Source: Scyliorhinus canicula (lineage: Eukaryota). From it: a DNA stretch of 64,000 nucleotides. The stretch lies in contig NW_024055843.1 of the NCBI RefSeq assembly GCF_902713615.1, positions 270,200 to 334,199 on the forward strand, read 5' to 3'. This document shows, piece after piece, positions 62,992-64,000 of the stretch; position 1 is the first letter of the stretch; each line of letters starts with the position of its first letter. The position numbers were made by a program, and so were the translations under genes. A model generated the notes under the pieces. That model was not told the DNA's origin. It searched no databases and saw only the letters and a list, made by a program, of their open reading frames with translations.

Positions 62992-63828
62992 GAGCAGCCT
63001 CAGCCAATGCACTCAGCTTTATCTTGTTGGATATTCTGCAGGTTTCTGAGACATAATTAGTCCCTGGAATCCAGGACCAGCAGCAGTGCGGATCCCCGTT
63101 CTCGCTGTGATCTGGGTAACATTCATTGCTGGTAAGACGTTTAAAACTTTTTTAAAAGTTCATTTCTAGAGGAATTAATTTGGAAAGCAGTAACCTTGTG
63201 TTAATCAAGTACCCAACCTGCCTGCGAAAACACGAGTCTATGCCCTACTAGCCTCTTTCTTACAGGAGTTTATATTGGCAAAACACAAAGCATACGTCAT
63301 TTAGAGTGACGATATCGAATTGGATGATGATATCTATCAGAAAGCAATGTAAATGTTCTGGTTCTTTTCTGTACTAACGGGAAGTCAACCTTGATGTCTT
63401 TACTATGATATGTTGGGCGTCTGGAGAGGATAATTCCACAGGTTCAAAATCTTGGTGCCAGAAATCTAAGCACCCCCAAATTTTCTAACTGGCAAGTAAG
63501 GAAAATCACTTTAGAAAGAGAGGAAGAATGTGGCTCAAATTAACACAAGGAAGAGCTGAGGAGCGGAGCACTGTTACATTTCAAGGGAAACTAGATAAAC
63601 ATATGAGGGAGATAGGGATGGAGGGATTTTCTGATACAATGAGAGGAGGAGAGATGGAGGATTCTCCTGGGGATTGTAAATACTGACATGAAGCAATTGG
63701 GCCGAACGAGCTTTCTTGTGCTCTAAATTCAATTTTTTTAATGTTATACTGATGGAAGTTTCTCCCTCAGTTCAGTTAAATTGAATTTTCAATCACTGAT
63801 TTCCGCTTTCTATAACCGTGTGTTACAG

Positions 63829-64000
63829 GTCTGAGCGATGGAGATTATATGACTCAGCGGGAATCCTAACACACAGACAGAGGGAGAAGATGTCACGCTA
63901 ACCTGCACATATGCCGATGATGCTTATTATTTATTCTGGTAGCGTCAATACCCAGACAGACAGCCCGAGTTTGCGACCCGGACGCACACGGGTGGCGGTG
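63829..64000 (+). pseudogene. TCR V pseudogene, truncated by the window end
   Basis: TTACAG acceptor; GLSDGDYMTQRES-stop, then across frameshifts TQTEGEDVTLTCTY and LFW-stop-RQYPDRQPEF. Confidence 0.85.

Overview
Cartilaginous-fish (shark) genomic DNA, judged from the elasmobranch-type SINE/CR1 repeats and the Ig/TCR sequences. It is part of a T-cell receptor alpha/delta variable-segment array. TCR V segments with 22/23-bp-spacer RSSs lie at both ends: minus strand at 1.6-4.5 kb and 58.8-59.2 kb, plus strand at 61.5-62.4 kb and from 63.8 kb. Most look defective. Between them, on the minus strand, is a complete IgM-type heavy-chain gene: leader, an already joined V(D)J exon with no RSS, CH1-CH4, secretory tail, TM1 and TM2 (43894 down to 22788). 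The VDJ, CH2, CH3, TM1 and TM2 exons are open. CH1 and CH4 each carry a 1-nt frameshift in a homopolymer run, but matching splice phases would still allow an in-frame VDJ-CH2-CH3-TM product. Other content: an intact two-exon GPR139-like GPCR on the plus strand, a tRNA-Glu(TTC)-like copy, a CR1 LINE with an uninterrupted ORF2 nested in a SINE nested in an older CR1, degenerate L1-, RTE- and Rex1-like LINEs, many SINEs, two minisatellites and CA/TG low-complexity tracts. No TCR D, J or C segments were recognised. All calls come from manual reading and translation; no database search was run, and repeat boundaries are approximate.
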